Under the pieces are notes generated by a model. That model searched no databases, was not told the DNA's origin, and worked only from the letters and a program-made list of their open reading frames with translations. DNA of 59,520 bases from assembly GCA_051657765.1 (NCBI GenBank), contig JBOFLH010000671.1, positions 1 through 59,520 on the forward strand, written 5' to 3'. The stretch is from Nocardioides sp. (GTDB lineage Bacteria > Actinomycetota > Actinomycetes > Propionibacteriales > Nocardioidaceae). This document shows, piece by piece, positions 1 through 8,820 of the stretch. How positions within the stretch are numbered: position 1 is the stretch's first letter; each line of letters begins with the position of its first letter. The translations under genes were made by a program, and so were the position numbers.

Positions 1-286
1 GGCCTGACCGCCGACATCGCGCTGGAGACCGTCGAAGATCTTCGCTCGGCGATTCCGGACGCACTTGCGCGAGCCGTCGCCAGCCTGCCTACCGACGTCC
101 AACCCTCCGCTTCGAGGATGGCCGAGCAGATCATCAAGCCACACTGAGCCGAGCCGGGCAGGGAGATTCGCTCCTCTCGCTCAGCCAGCTACAACTCCCG
201 ACGAACAAGGGCGCGTCCGCAAGAGCCTGCCGACCGGCGGCCAGTTCACCGCGCGCGACCGCGCAGAGCCGGATGTCCAACTCTGA
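1..286 (+). CDS. C-terminal end of a gene entering the window (possibly HipA-like), with an apparent 1-nt frameshift near 140 and a C-terminal GGQF tag
   Basis: Frame 1 reads GLTADIALETVEDLRSAIPDALARA...KPH* (stop 145-147); frame 2 continues HTEPS...RVRKSLPTGGQFTARDRAEPDVQL*. The HipA guess is a weak resemblance only. Confidence 0.35.
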
Positions 287-379
287 GGTGTCGGCGAGAA
301 CTCCCGGACGCCATGAGTAGCAAGCGCTCCCGCCTGAAAACCGAACGCCCGCTCCCCAGCCTCATGGCAGAATGCGGGG

Positions 380-1639
380 ATGCAAGGCCGCTCGGAGCCC
401 AAGACATTGCTGGCTCGACTGATCGGCGAGCGCGGCCTGAGCTACGAATCGGCCGCGTCCGACATCGAGGCACTCGCGCTGCGTGAACGCATCGACGGCA
501 CCATCACCTCACGGCACCTGCAACGACTGGCTCGCCGCGAGCGTCCGGACGCGACGACTCGGGCTGGCACGCAGGAGCTGCTGAGTCGGTACTTCGATCA
601 ATCGTTCGAAGCCCTAGTAGCACCCCTGGACGACCCCGCCGACCTTGGCTCGCTAGTAGTCGCAGATCTCGCCGGCAGAACGATTTCCGGTGCGCTGCCG
701 GACCCGTCGAGACTGGCTGTCGGCTACTTGTTCGGGGACCACCCCGATCCCGCCGAACCGTTGCAGAGTCCCGCAGCGGCGACCCGGATCCGGGACTTCT
801 CCGCCGCATTCATGCGCCTGGACCTCCAACACGGTGGGGGCGCGATTCGGAAGTCACTTCTGCACTTCTTCCACGACGATGTGGTTCCCTGCCTTGCGCT
901 TTGCCACTCAGAGACAACTCGTAGAGATGTGTTCGGCGCCGCAGCCGAGGCGGCGCGACTGCTCGGCTGGACCGCGTACGACACCGGACAACATGTCGCA
1001 GCTACTCGATACCTCGCTCACGGGCTCGACCTCGCCAAGGAAGCCGGCGACCGCGCGCAAGGCGCTTGGATTCTCGGCCTCCTCAGCCATCAGGCCAACT
1101 TTCTCGGCCAGTTCACCGATGCGGTGATGCTCGCCCGGGCCGGACAGCAGGCGATCAGTAACCCAGTCGGCGCGGTGCGAGCCTCTCTGCTGGCGACGGA
1201 GGCCCGTGCGCTGGCCAGCTCTGGCGATCGGACGACTTGCGTCCGAGTCCTCGCTCAGGCCGAGGCGGCGTTGGCTCGTAGCGATCCGTCGATCGAGCCA
1301 CCCTGGATGTACTACTTCGACATCGCCGAGATGGCCGGCGAGGCCGCTCACTGCTTCCGCGACCTCGGGCAGGGGGATTTGGCCGAAGAAATGGCTACGA
1401 CGGCAATCGACCCGGTGCTGACCCCGCAGCGGACCAGGTCTTTCGTCGAATTGGTCTGCGCATCGGCGGCGTTGAAGTCCGGCGACCTAGACCGAGCCCT
1501 GTCGCTCGGCCGTGGGGCGCTGGAGGTCGTAGCCAATGTCAGCTCACAAAGGTCGAGGTCTTACGTCGAGACATTCAAGGCGGAACTGATAGCAACGCAC
1601 CCGAGGCACCCCGGCGTAATCGAATACGTCGCTCAGTAG
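380..1639 (+). CDS. HTH plus TPR-like helical regulator (NsdA/sporulation-associated family)
   Basis: N-terminal HTH-like segment; LDLQHGGG, LLGWTAYDTG, LSHQA, PPWMYYFD and EAAHCFRDLG motifs typical of this actinobacterial family. Confidence 0.75.
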   Translation: MQGRSEPKTLLARLIGERGLSYESAASDIEALALRERIDGTITSRHLQRLARRERPDATTRAGTQELLSRYFDQSFEALVAPLDDPADLGSLVVADLAGRTISGALPDPSRLAVGYLFGDHPDPAEPLQSPAAATRIRDFSAAFMRLDLQHGGGAIRKSLLHFFHDDVVPCLALCHSETTRRDVFGAAAEAARLLGWTAYDTGQHVAATRYLAHGLDLAKEAGDRAQGAWILGLLSHQANFLGQFTDAVMLARAGQQAISNPVGAVRASLLATEARALASSGDRTTCVRVLAQAEAALARSDPSIEPPWMYYFDIAEMAGEAAHCFRDLGQGDLAEEMATTAIDPVLTPQRTRSFVELVCASAALKSGDLDRALSLGRGALEVVANVSSQRSRSYVETFKAELIATHPRHPGVIEYVAQ

Positions 1640-2544
1640 GCGAGCCAGGGGTCGGTATCGAGGCCGCGCAGCGTCCGCATCCGCTTGGTGAACTCGGCGT
1701 CAACCGTCGGATCGTCTCCGACCCGCTGAGAGAGCCAAGTGACCGTGTTGATGGCGGTTATCTCGCGAGCGACCTCGAAGCCGGACCAGGCGACGATGTC
1801 GAGGCCGTAGCCGTCGCAAAATGCGGCGTACTCCGCAACCGTGAGGCGCTTGGCTGTGTGGTGTTCGGTGGCAGCCTTGACTAGATCCCATTCGGGTTGC
1901 CCCCAGGCGAACCGCTCGAAGTCGATCAGGACTATCCGGCCGTCGGCCAGCATGAGGTTCTTGATATGGGCGTCGCCGTGGATTGGGCCAGGCTTCATGA
2001 GGAAGCTCAGTCCAGCCCAGCCGGCACGGAGGTGGTGGCATCGGTCGGCCAGGTAAGCCTTGTCCGTGTCGCTAATCTGCGCGGTGGCGATTCGCCGCTC
2101 AACTCTCTCGAAGGGGTCCAAGCGGGGCAGGGCGAGGTCGGCCGGCGGCGTCAGCGCGTGCAACGCCTGGAGCAGCCAACCCAACCGCCCAGCCTCAGCT
2201 GTGGTTCCTGGCTCGCCGTCGATCCAGCGCCAGAAGGTCACTGGATGGCCAGCGGCCACCACCGGCTGCGGCTGATGATGAGAGAGCCGGGCGGCAGGGA
2301 AAGACTCCGCGGCAAGCCATGCGGCGACAGCGACCTCCTTTTCGGCGTCGGGGAGGTAGTCGACGGTGCGAGCCACTCGTCCGACCATGTACTCAGGCTG
2401 TCGGGAAAGCTTGAACAGGGCGTTCTCACCCACCCGAATCAGCTCAGCGTAGTCCGCTGCGATGCCCACCTGGCTCGCAGCCTGGTCGAGGGCTATGCGG
2501 GCGGAGGCTTCGGTGAATACGGGCACTTCAGCAGGGTAATCCAC
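1633..2544 (-). CDS. Aminoglycoside phosphotransferase-like kinase
   Basis: GENA loop, HGDAHIKN catalytic motif, LIDFE, GQPEWDL; convergent with and overlapping the regulator. Confidence 0.85.
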   Translation of the reverse strand: MDYPAEVPVFTEASARIALDQAASQVGIAADYAELIRVGENALFKLSRQPEYMVGRVARTVDYLPDAEKEVAVAAWLAAESFPAARLSHHQPQPVVAAGHPVTFWRWIDGEPGTTAEAGRLGWLLQALHALTPPADLALPRLDPFERVERRIATAQISDTDKAYLADRCHHLRAGWAGLSFLMKPGPIHGDAHIKNLMLADGRIVLIDFERFAWGQPEWDLVKAATEHHTAKRLTVAEYAAFCDGYGLDIVAWSGFEVAREITAINTVTWLSQRVGDDPTVDAEFTKRMRTLRGLDTDPWLAY

Positions 2545-2720
2545 AGGTCTCTCCTCTGGTCGTTGTCAGGTCCTTGGGGTCGGTTCAATGCTCGATGTCA
2601 TGGACGACGACAGGATCGCAAAGCTCATGGCGCAACATCGGGCGGCCTCCAGCTTGACCGAGAGGGCGGCCGTCAGACGGGACACCGGACGGCTTTTGGC
2701 CGAGTTGCTTCGGGAGGGCA

Positions 2721-3215
2721 TCAGCTCGCCTCCTGGAGCAGCTTGTGGCGAAGATTCGCGGTCTGCTGAGCGAGCGGCGCGTTGAAGCCAGTGGAGATCA
2801 CGATGCTCAAGCATGCGGCGACGGCCAGCGCGGTCGCTGGGGTGGTGGCTTGCAGGGTGTACGGGATGCCGAGCGGAAGGCGCAGTAGCGCGTGTATCTC
2901 GACGGCGGCCTGACGGATCTCTCGGACGTGCATGTCTTCGTCGAGCCCGATGATCGCCAGAAGTGGCAGCGGCTTGCCGCTGTCGTCACGCACCGCGTCG
3001 GCGAGGATGTCGACAAGAAACAGACAGACATCGAGCTTGATGTCGTCACTGAGCCCGGTAGGGTCGCTGTCGATGATCGTCTTGGCGATGCCGACCAGGT
3101 CGAACTCATCGTCGTCGCGAGCGGCGTAGTAGGCGTCAAGGATCTTCTCCCACCAGATGAGTGCAGCACCACCTCGGGTGCGGAAGTAGTCGGGGTCATC
3201 AGCCGAGAACATCAT
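2721..3215 (-). CDS. Hypothetical protein (paralogue of 37716..38201)
   Basis: Last gene of a coupled operon; shares ALIWWE and GLSxDxxLxVxxFL with 37716..38201. Confidence 0.7.
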   Translation of the reverse strand: MMFSADDPDYFRTRGGAALIWWEKILDAYYAARDDDEFDLVGIAKTIIDSDPTGLSDDIKLDVCLFLVDILADAVRDDSGKPLPLLAIIGLDEDMHVREIRQAAVEIHALLRLPLGIPYTLQATTPATALAVAACLSIVISTGFNAPLAQQTANLRHKLLQEAS

Positions 3216-3480
3216 CGGCTAGCCCTTCCCGCAGGACTGCGCGATCGGCAACCAGGCCTGCCGTCGCGGACTCGGCGTGTATGTAGATACGGAGGGCGTC
3301 GAAGGCGACCGAGTCGCCGATCCGGATGTCGGGGGCATCTGGCAGCGCGACAGGGACGGCGAACTCCGAGCCGTCGCGTGTCGTACCGCGCACGTTGCAC
3401 CGCCAACCGCTGGTAGCCGCTTGTACCGACTCGACACGGAAGGCTGGCTGGGGCGAAACGTGGAACGGGATGTAGTTCAT
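3199..3480 (-). CDS. Hypothetical protein
   Basis: ATGA overlap with the upstream gene; good codon usage. Confidence 0.65.
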   Translation of the reverse strand: MNYIPFHVSPQPAFRVESVQAATSGWRCNVRGTTRDGSEFAVPVALPDAPDIRIGDSVAFDALRIYIHAESATAGLVADRAVLREGLADDVLG

Positions 3481-3695
3481 TGCGGCGCCTTCTGGTGGAG
3501 GGGCGGGCGAATCCAGCGCTCAACGAGGACGGCCTGGGCGCGCTTGGACACGATGGTGGTTCCTTGCGGTTCCCATCCGGCCCAGCCGAGCGGCGCAAGC
3601 GCGAGGAGGATCAGCAGGACGCCGATCCAGGCGCGCAGCCGTCTGCGTCGAGGCCTGATCGCCCTGCGGCGATCTGGTCGGTGCTGGCCACTCAT
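3477..3695 (-). CDS. Small single-pass membrane protein
   Basis: Arg-rich N-terminus, then hydrophobic WIGVLLILLALAPLGW; TGATG coupling. Confidence 0.6.
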   Translation of the reverse strand: MSGQHRPDRRRAIRPRRRRLRAWIGVLLILLALAPLGWAGWEPQGTTIVSKRAQAVLVERWIRPPLHQKAPQ

Positions 3696-4354
3696 CAGAC
3701 CCTCCCGTCAGTTACGTTCGCCCCGACAGTGCTCGGCGAGGCCTCGGACGCTCCCTGCCACCGCGAGGCGATCGACAGACACGCCTTACAGGAGACGCGG
3801 ACCGGCGCATCGGCCTCTCGGACGCGGTCCTCGATCGACACCAGATCGCCCCACTTCGAACGGTTCGCTCCAGAACAGAGGAACTGACCGGGCTCACGGG
3901 TCAGGCGCCCGTCAGCCAGGCGCTCGACGAGCCGAACGTGATGCACGGCCGTGTGGCGCTGGTAGCCTCGGCCGGCCCAGTCGGACGAGGCGACAACGTT
4001 GGCATCAGGCAACCACCGAGCGGGCACGTTCAAACCGGCGTTGAAGCATCGAGCCTGCGCGTTCTCTTGCTCGCGCTCCCGGCGGCGTTGATCGTCGGCG
4101 GCCCGAGCTTCGGCTCGCTCGCGCTCCACGTCGACCAGCGGGCGGGCCCACAGCGAATGAACGGCGTCCCTGCGTACGGCCAGGGCGGTCCCGGGCTCGA
4201 TGGGTACATTGGGCCTGTAGGACCGGTAGGCGGCGCCTGGTATGCGGACGAGCCCATCGTCGTTGACGACCGCCTGGCTCGGCGCTGGCTGCTGGAACGC
4301 GGAGGGGTCGGGGAATCCGGTCTCCGGGTTGAGCCACACCCATCCGTCAGACAT
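3695..4354 (-). CDS. Hypothetical protein with C-terminal H/C...CxxC metal-binding motif
   Basis: ATG at 4354 overlaps the upstream stop; VHHV, FLCS, VSCKAC. Confidence 0.7.
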   Translation of the reverse strand: MSDGWVWLNPETGFPDPSAFQQPAPSQAVVNDDGLVRIPGAAYRSYRPNVPIEPGTALAVRRDAVHSLWARPLVDVERERAEARAADDQRRREREQENAQARCFNAGLNVPARWLPDANVVASSDWAGRGYQRHTAVHHVRLVERLADGRLTREPGQFLCSGANRSKWGDLVSIEDRVREADAPVRVSCKACLSIASRWQGASEASPSTVGANVTDGRV

Positions 4355-4469
4355 GGTCGTCAATGGTGAGGGCCAGCAGGACGACGATGGTGATGATCGG
4401 CAGCGTCCACGGGAGGCTCTTCGCTGCTGCTGCGATCGCCACTTCGACGGAGTGTCCCAGGGTGCTCAT
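4347..4469 (-). CDS. 40-aa membrane microprotein
   Basis: MSTLGHSVEVAIAAAAKSLPWTLPIITIVVLLALTIDDHV; overlaps both neighbours. Confidence 0.5.
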   Translation of the reverse strand: MSTLGHSVEVAIAAAAKSLPWTLPIITIVVLLALTIDDHV

Positions 4470-4558
4470 GCTCGGCCTGCCGAGCAGTCGAGAACAAACC
4501 CGACAGCGACGATCCACGACAAGTGCAGAAGCACGTCGAGAGTCTCGGCGAAGCTCAT
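4466..4558 (-). CDS. 30-aa hydrophobic microprotein
   Basis: MSFAETLDVLLHLSWIVAVGFVLDCSAGRA; ATGA coupling at both ends. Confidence 0.5.
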   Translation of the reverse strand: MSFAETLDVLLHLSWIVAVGFVLDCSAGRA

Positions 4559-4671
4559 AGGGTCATCCCTTCGACTCCGTTTACCTCCAGGGCCCGAGTC
4601 ATGAGGCTGAGGGTCCAGTCGGCTTCGGTGTTGAGGTTGTTGATCGCGCGGGTAGCGCTCGGCTCGCTCAT
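4555..4671 (-). CDS. 38-aa microprotein, leaderless first gene of the operon
   Basis: ATG directly after a class I motif; MSEPSATRAINNLNTEADWTLSLMTRALEVNGVEGMTL. Confidence 0.55.
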   Translation of the reverse strand: MSEPSATRAINNLNTEADWTLSLMTRALEVNGVEGMTL

Positions 4672-4706
4672 GCCCTAATCGTGTGCGGTGCGACGACGGA
4701 TCCTTC
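4672..4706 (-). promoter_or_regulatory. Class I element promoter
   Basis: GAAGGA-N12-CCGCA-CACGAT-TAGGGC-ATG. Confidence 0.7.
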
Positions 4707-4813
4707 CCGCCGCGGCCCCGAGCCCGGTTCCTAAGGCCGCTGAATCGAGCACGAGGAGAGCCGTCGCGAGCAGAGTCCCGGACGGTCGCGCCGTCCACCT
4801 TCCGAGTGGTCAT

Positions 4814-4833
4814 GCCTACAGACATGCGTAGAC
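4814..4833 (-). promoter_or_regulatory. Class II element promoter
   Basis: GTCTACGCATGTCTGTAGGC-ATG, identical to the 20-mer at 47918..47937. Confidence 0.7.
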
Positions 4834-4835
4834 GG

Positions 4836-7163
4836 CTAAGCGGAGCGTGGTTCCGCTGTTCGTCCTTGCAACCACGCAAGTGCTTCATCACCGCCGGCAA
4901 CCTTCACGGTGAAGTGCGACAGCGCGCCGAGGTAGGTTTGGCGGACCGGCTCGCTGTAGCGGAACTTGCTGGACTTCAGCAGTCTCGGGTCGAGTACGGC
5001 GACCATCCCCGAGTCGCTAATCGAGCGGATCAACCGGCCGGCCGATTGCGCGAGCAGCAGAGCGGCGTCCTCGACGTATACCCTGCGGTCGGCCTCCCAC
5101 TTGTTCATCCCGCCGGCAGTGAGCAGTTCGACTCGGGCGTCATCGACGGGGTTGCCGGCTGCTCGGGCAGGGCGGTCGACGATCACCAGCGTGCAGGTCT
5201 CGCCGCTCGCGTCGATACCGGTCATGTACGACTTGGTGCCGATCAGGACCGCTGCGGGGTCGGCTTTCCAGCGAGCGACCTGGCGGGAGGCCGGCGGGCC
5301 GTCCCACTGCGACAACACGTCCCAGTGGCTATCGAGCCGGCGGAGCCTCGCGGCATACTCCTTACCGGCTGCGGCCGTGGCCGAGAGGATCAGCGCCGAC
5401 CCTCCGTTGGCGGCCACCAGTTCCTCGATGTGACTGGCGGCCCAGCCGGTGTGTTTGCGAGTGTCCAGACGCGGCTTACCACCCCACGAGTTGTCGCTCA
5501 TCAGGGCCGACACGTCGGCGTCGTCCCGGGCGCGAGGAGCGTACAGCACCGACCGCGCGTAGGCGTCGTCGAACGGTGAGGCGTAGGCCGACAGCGAAGC
5601 GGCCATGCCTGCCTCCCGCGGGTAGCTCTCGGGCAGGGTCGCCGACAGCGCGATCACTGCGAGCTTGCGGCGCGGCGGTGGGCCGTCGCCTTCCGCCTCC
5701 TCGGCCTGAGCCTCTTCGGCTTCGAAGTCTCGGACCGACCACAGTTCGTGCGCGATCGCCCCTGAGACGTCGACCGGGGCGTACTTCACACACGGGTAGG
5801 GCGCCCCCTGGCGGGGCGTCTCCACCTCGATCCATCGGGCCGTTCCAGGCTCGTGCAACGAGACGGCTGCCGCTGCCTTCTTCAGCTTCGAGACCCGGTT
5901 CGCCGCGATTTGGGCGCGACGGTCGGTCTTGGCGAATTCGTCCTCACCAAGGTCTTGGCTCGCGTAGGCCACCGCGCGGGTCAGTGCGCTCCCGCAGGCC
6001 TTGGCCCACATCCCGATGGTGGCCGCGGCTGACTCCAGCGGGTCGTCGCCCTCCCCGAGTCGCAGCGTCTTCTCACGCCGGTCGATTCTCGAGATCCAGC
6101 GGCCTATCTCCTTCTCCACTTCGGCGGCGACGAGCTGTCCGGCCTGGCCGAGCCGCCTGAGTTCCTGGCGCCGGAGGTCGCGTCGGCGGGCCGCGGTGTC
6201 GCCCTTCTCTTCTCGGCTGCGGTCGCGGACCAGGTCGGCGAACCCGAGCTTCGACTCGTTGGCGTCCGCGGAGCTGGCTGTCGCGTCGTGGCCGCTGTCG
6301 AGCAGGTTGGCGACCGTGGTGGCGACTTTGCGGATCGCGGGGCCGGAGATCTCCATGGCGCCGTGGTTGCGGACGATACTCGGCAGGCCGTGGGCCTCGT
6401 CGGCGACGATGTGGTCGAAGACACCGAGAGTGCGCGAGCTCAGCACCACCGGGACCGAGTTCGCGGCCTGTACACCAAGCAGGTGGTGGTTGACGATGAC
6501 GATGTCGGCCGCCGCTGCTTCCCGGCGCGCCTTACGCGGCAGGCACGCCTCGGAGAAGGGGCACTTCGCCTCTCCTACGCAGTCGGCAGCCGACGTCGAT
6601 ACCGAATCCCACTCGCCCGGCAGTAGGTCGTCCTCGTATGAGGCCTTGTCGCCGGTCCCGTCGGAGAGTGCTTGCGTCAGGCCCCACGCTGCGGCTCCCG
6701 GTCCGGAAGCCCGCGCGAGCGCCGCCAAGTCGTTCCCGGTGCCGGGCGATCGTTCCCTGGCGGCCTCGACGGCGGCAGCGGTGCACACGTAGTTGCCGAA
6801 CCCCTTGAGCACCGCGACTTTCGGTGCGTAGCCAGTGACCTTCTCGCAGGCACGAGCGACCACCGGGGCGTCCTTGTCGGTGATCTGCGACTGCAACGAG
6901 ATCATCTCAGTCGAGATCACTGTGCGGGCACCCCACTCGGCGGCAGCGACAGCGGCGGGGATCAGGTAGGCCAGGGACTTTCCCGTGCCGGTTGGGGCCT
7001 CCCCAGCAACCTGCTGATCCTCGTCGTCCTGGGCGCCCTCGAAGGCCGTGGCGATGTCATCGAGCAGCGCCAACTGCCCGGGCCGCGGCGGGATGTCTGT
7101 GCGGCCGGTGATCTCTTCGACGCACGCTTCGAGCACGCGCCGGGAGGTTTCCTTGAGGCTCAT
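4836..7163 (-). CDS. DinG/XPD-family ATP-dependent DNA helicase
   Basis: RPGQ, APTGTGKS, four Cys (YVC...DC...KC...AC) consistent with an Fe-S cluster, DEAH, LSATL, QSAGRLIR; start MSLKET at 7163. Confidence 0.9.
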   Translation of the reverse strand: MSLKETSRRVLEACVEEITGRTDIPPRPGQLALLDDIATAFEGAQDDEDQQVAGEAPTGTGKSLAYLIPAAVAAAEWGARTVISTEMISLQSQITDKDAPVVARACEKVTGYAPKVAVLKGFGNYVCTAAAVEAARERSPGTGNDLAALARASGPGAAAWGLTQALSDGTGDKASYEDDLLPGEWDSVSTSAADCVGEAKCPFSEACLPRKARREAAAADIVIVNHHLLGVQAANSVPVVLSSRTLGVFDHIVADEAHGLPSIVRNHGAMEISGPAIRKVATTVANLLDSGHDATASSADANESKLGFADLVRDRSREEKGDTAARRRDLRRQELRRLGQAGQLVAAEVEKEIGRWISRIDRREKTLRLGEGDDPLESAAATIGMWAKACGSALTRAVAYASQDLGEDEFAKTDRRAQIAANRVSKLKKAAAAVSLHEPGTARWIEVETPRQGAPYPCVKYAPVDVSGAIAHELWSVRDFEAEEAQAEEAEGDGPPPRRKLAVIALSATLPESYPREAGMAASLSAYASPFDDAYARSVLYAPRARDDADVSALMSDNSWGGKPRLDTRKHTGWAASHIEELVAANGGSALILSATAAAGKEYAARLRRLDSHWDVLSQWDGPPASRQVARWKADPAAVLIGTKSYMTGIDASGETCTLVIVDRPARAAGNPVDDARVELLTAGGMNKWEADRRVYVEDAALLLAQSAGRLIRSISDSGMVAVLDPRLLKSSKFRYSEPVRQTYLGALSHFTVKVAGGDEALAWLQGRTAEPRSA

Positions 7164-7390
7164 AGGGCTGCGCGGATCCGGAAGCGGAGCCACTCGGGCT
7201 GGGTGGAAGGGGGGTCGCGCCAGAGCTGCGCCTCGGCAGACCTGATCGGCTCTCGGACGCCCGACTGGTGCATCCACCCGGAGAGGATGGCCGCACGGAT
7301 CCCGAGCAGCTCGGCCACGCCGGTCGGAACGAGCCGCTTGACTTCGGCTGGTCGGCGACGGACCGCGGTGCGGTGACGTGACCGGCTCAT
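7160..7390 (-). CDS. Small hypothetical protein
   Basis: ATGA overlaps with both neighbours. Confidence 0.55.
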   Translation of the reverse strand: MSRSRHRTAVRRRPAEVKRLVPTGVAELLGIRAAILSGWMHQSGVREPIRSAEAQLWRDPPSTQPEWLRFRIRAAL

Positions 7391-7551
7391 TTGAAGACCA
7401 CGCCTTCGTGACCGTCTTGGCGGAGCAGCGCATCAACAGAGTGGGTCAGATACGAGCGAACGTCGTCTCGGAGCTCGTCCGGGCCGACGCCGTTGACGAG
7501 CTCCCAGGTCTCGGGGTCGATGTCTACGGTGAGCTGGATGCGTACCTTCAT
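7387..7551 (-). CDS. Small hypothetical protein, leaderless
   Basis: MKVRIQLTVDIDPETW...; ATG directly after a class I motif. Confidence 0.65.
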   Translation of the reverse strand: MKVRIQLTVDIDPETWELVNGVGPDELRDDVRSYLTHSVDALLRQDGHEGVVFK

Positions 7552-7586
7552 GCTCTTAAGGTGTGCGGTCGGTCGGCGTCTGCTCC
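7552..7586 (-). promoter_or_regulatory. Class I element promoter
   Basis: GGAGCA-N12-CCGCA-CACCTT-AAGAGC-ATG. Confidence 0.75.
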
Positions 7587-7592
7587 CCCGGC

Positions 7593-8729
7593 TCAGGCAG
7601 CGGTCTGGTCGATACCGCATAGCGCGTCCTGCCCGGCCCAGCGCTCGATAGTCGCCAGCACCTGCCCGGGCGTGGATCCCAACGGGCTGCCGGGGATGCG
7701 CGCGGCCTGCGCAGCCAGCTTGTGCAGCTTGTTGCGCGACAACTGCCAGCCCTTGGTGATTGCCTTCTGGTCCTCTTCGCTCATCGTCGAGTAGCCCGAG
7801 GTGGCCTCGTGCTCGGCGTCGATGTAGGAGTCAACCAGCGCGTGAACCAGCGGCCGGTCCGAGCTGCTCATCGAGTGCTCCTCGGCGATCCTGGCTCGGG
7901 TGGATTGAACGAACTTGAAGGACGGGCGCGGTTTCGGAGCCACTGCGGCGCAGGCAAGCATGTGCGGCCACGAATCGGGGCGCTGAAGGAGCGCGTGGGC
8001 GGAGTCCTCGGTCTGGTCGTCCCACAGCGCAAGCATCGCGGTGGTGACATCGCCGGGCACTGGTCCGCCGGACCCGTGGACGGTTTCGTACCACGCGCGC
8101 AGGGAGCGGCGTGCGAGCCGGTGGTCGTTCTCGAAGGCTCGCAAGATGTCGTCTCGGTCGCTCATCGAGTCGGGGCGGATGGCGGGGACCGCGCTCATGC
8201 CCTGGCACAGCGACACGGCGGCGATTTGTTCGCGGTCTGAGTCACGCCTGCTGCGGGTGGCCAGCAGGTACTCCTCCAAGATGGTCTCCATCTCGCCTTC
8301 GAGGTACCGCTGGAGGGCTGACGGCGCAGCAGCAAGCAACGGAGACGGCTCGTTGTCGACCAGGCCCGTGGGAGTGCCGTTTCGGGTGCCTGCGCGGGCC
8401 GAGTCGCGCATCGTGGACTTCAGCATCGAGCGGGCGGTCTGCCTCGTCCAGCCAGCGGCCGACGACCCGGCGGCCTTGTCGAGGCAGAAGAAGGTGGAGC
8501 CCTCTTCGAGCACCTTCTCCATGATCGACAGGGTCAACCGGTCGGCCAGGTCTACTCGGAGCTGGTCGGACAGAGATAGTCGGTAGACCACTGCCGAGAC
8601 GACCCTCTCGATGATCTCCGACTGATAGATCACTGCCGCGATCTCCCGACGGACCTCACGCTCGGTGAGGCTCCCCCGGGCGAAACGCTCGATGAGGGCA
8701 TGTACTTGCGAGTCAACTGTTTGGGTCAC
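7593..8729 (-). CDS. Hypothetical protein with a divergent sigma-70 region-2-like N-terminus
   Basis: VDLADRLTLSIMEKV...FCLDKAAGSSAAGWTRQTARSML resembles the DLxQ...FDxxxGxSFxxW pattern; no clear region 4. Confidence 0.45.
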   Translation of the reverse strand: MTQTVDSQVHALIERFARGSLTEREVRREIAAVIYQSEIIERVVSAVVYRLSLSDQLRVDLADRLTLSIMEKVLEEGSTFFCLDKAAGSSAAGWTRQTARSMLKSTMRDSARAGTRNGTPTGLVDNEPSPLLAAAPSALQRYLEGEMETILEEYLLATRSRRDSDREQIAAVSLCQGMSAVPAIRPDSMSDRDDILRAFENDHRLARRSLRAWYETVHGSGGPVPGDVTTAMLALWDDQTEDSAHALLQRPDSWPHMLACAAVAPKPRPSFKFVQSTRARIAEEHSMSSSDRPLVHALVDSYIDAEHEATSGYSTMSEEDQKAITKGWQLSRNKLHKLAAQAARIPGSPLGSTPGQVLATIERWAGQDALCGIDQTAA

Positions 8730-8764
8730 GCCATGAAGGTGTGCGGCTTTGGCGTGGATCCTCC
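8730..8764 (-). promoter_or_regulatory. Class I element promoter
   Basis: GGAGGA-N12-CCGCA-CACCTT-CATGGC-GTG. Confidence 0.75.
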
Positions 8765-8820
8765 CCGGTCGGCGTGCCCGCCCGGCCTACACGAGAGGCG
8801 GGTACGCCTATCCGGCGCGG

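Noticed and set aside
1633-2544. Antibiotic resistance gene
   Set aside because: APH-fold kinases paired with NsdA-like regulators are common in actinobacteria, and nothing here indicates an aminoglycoside substrate
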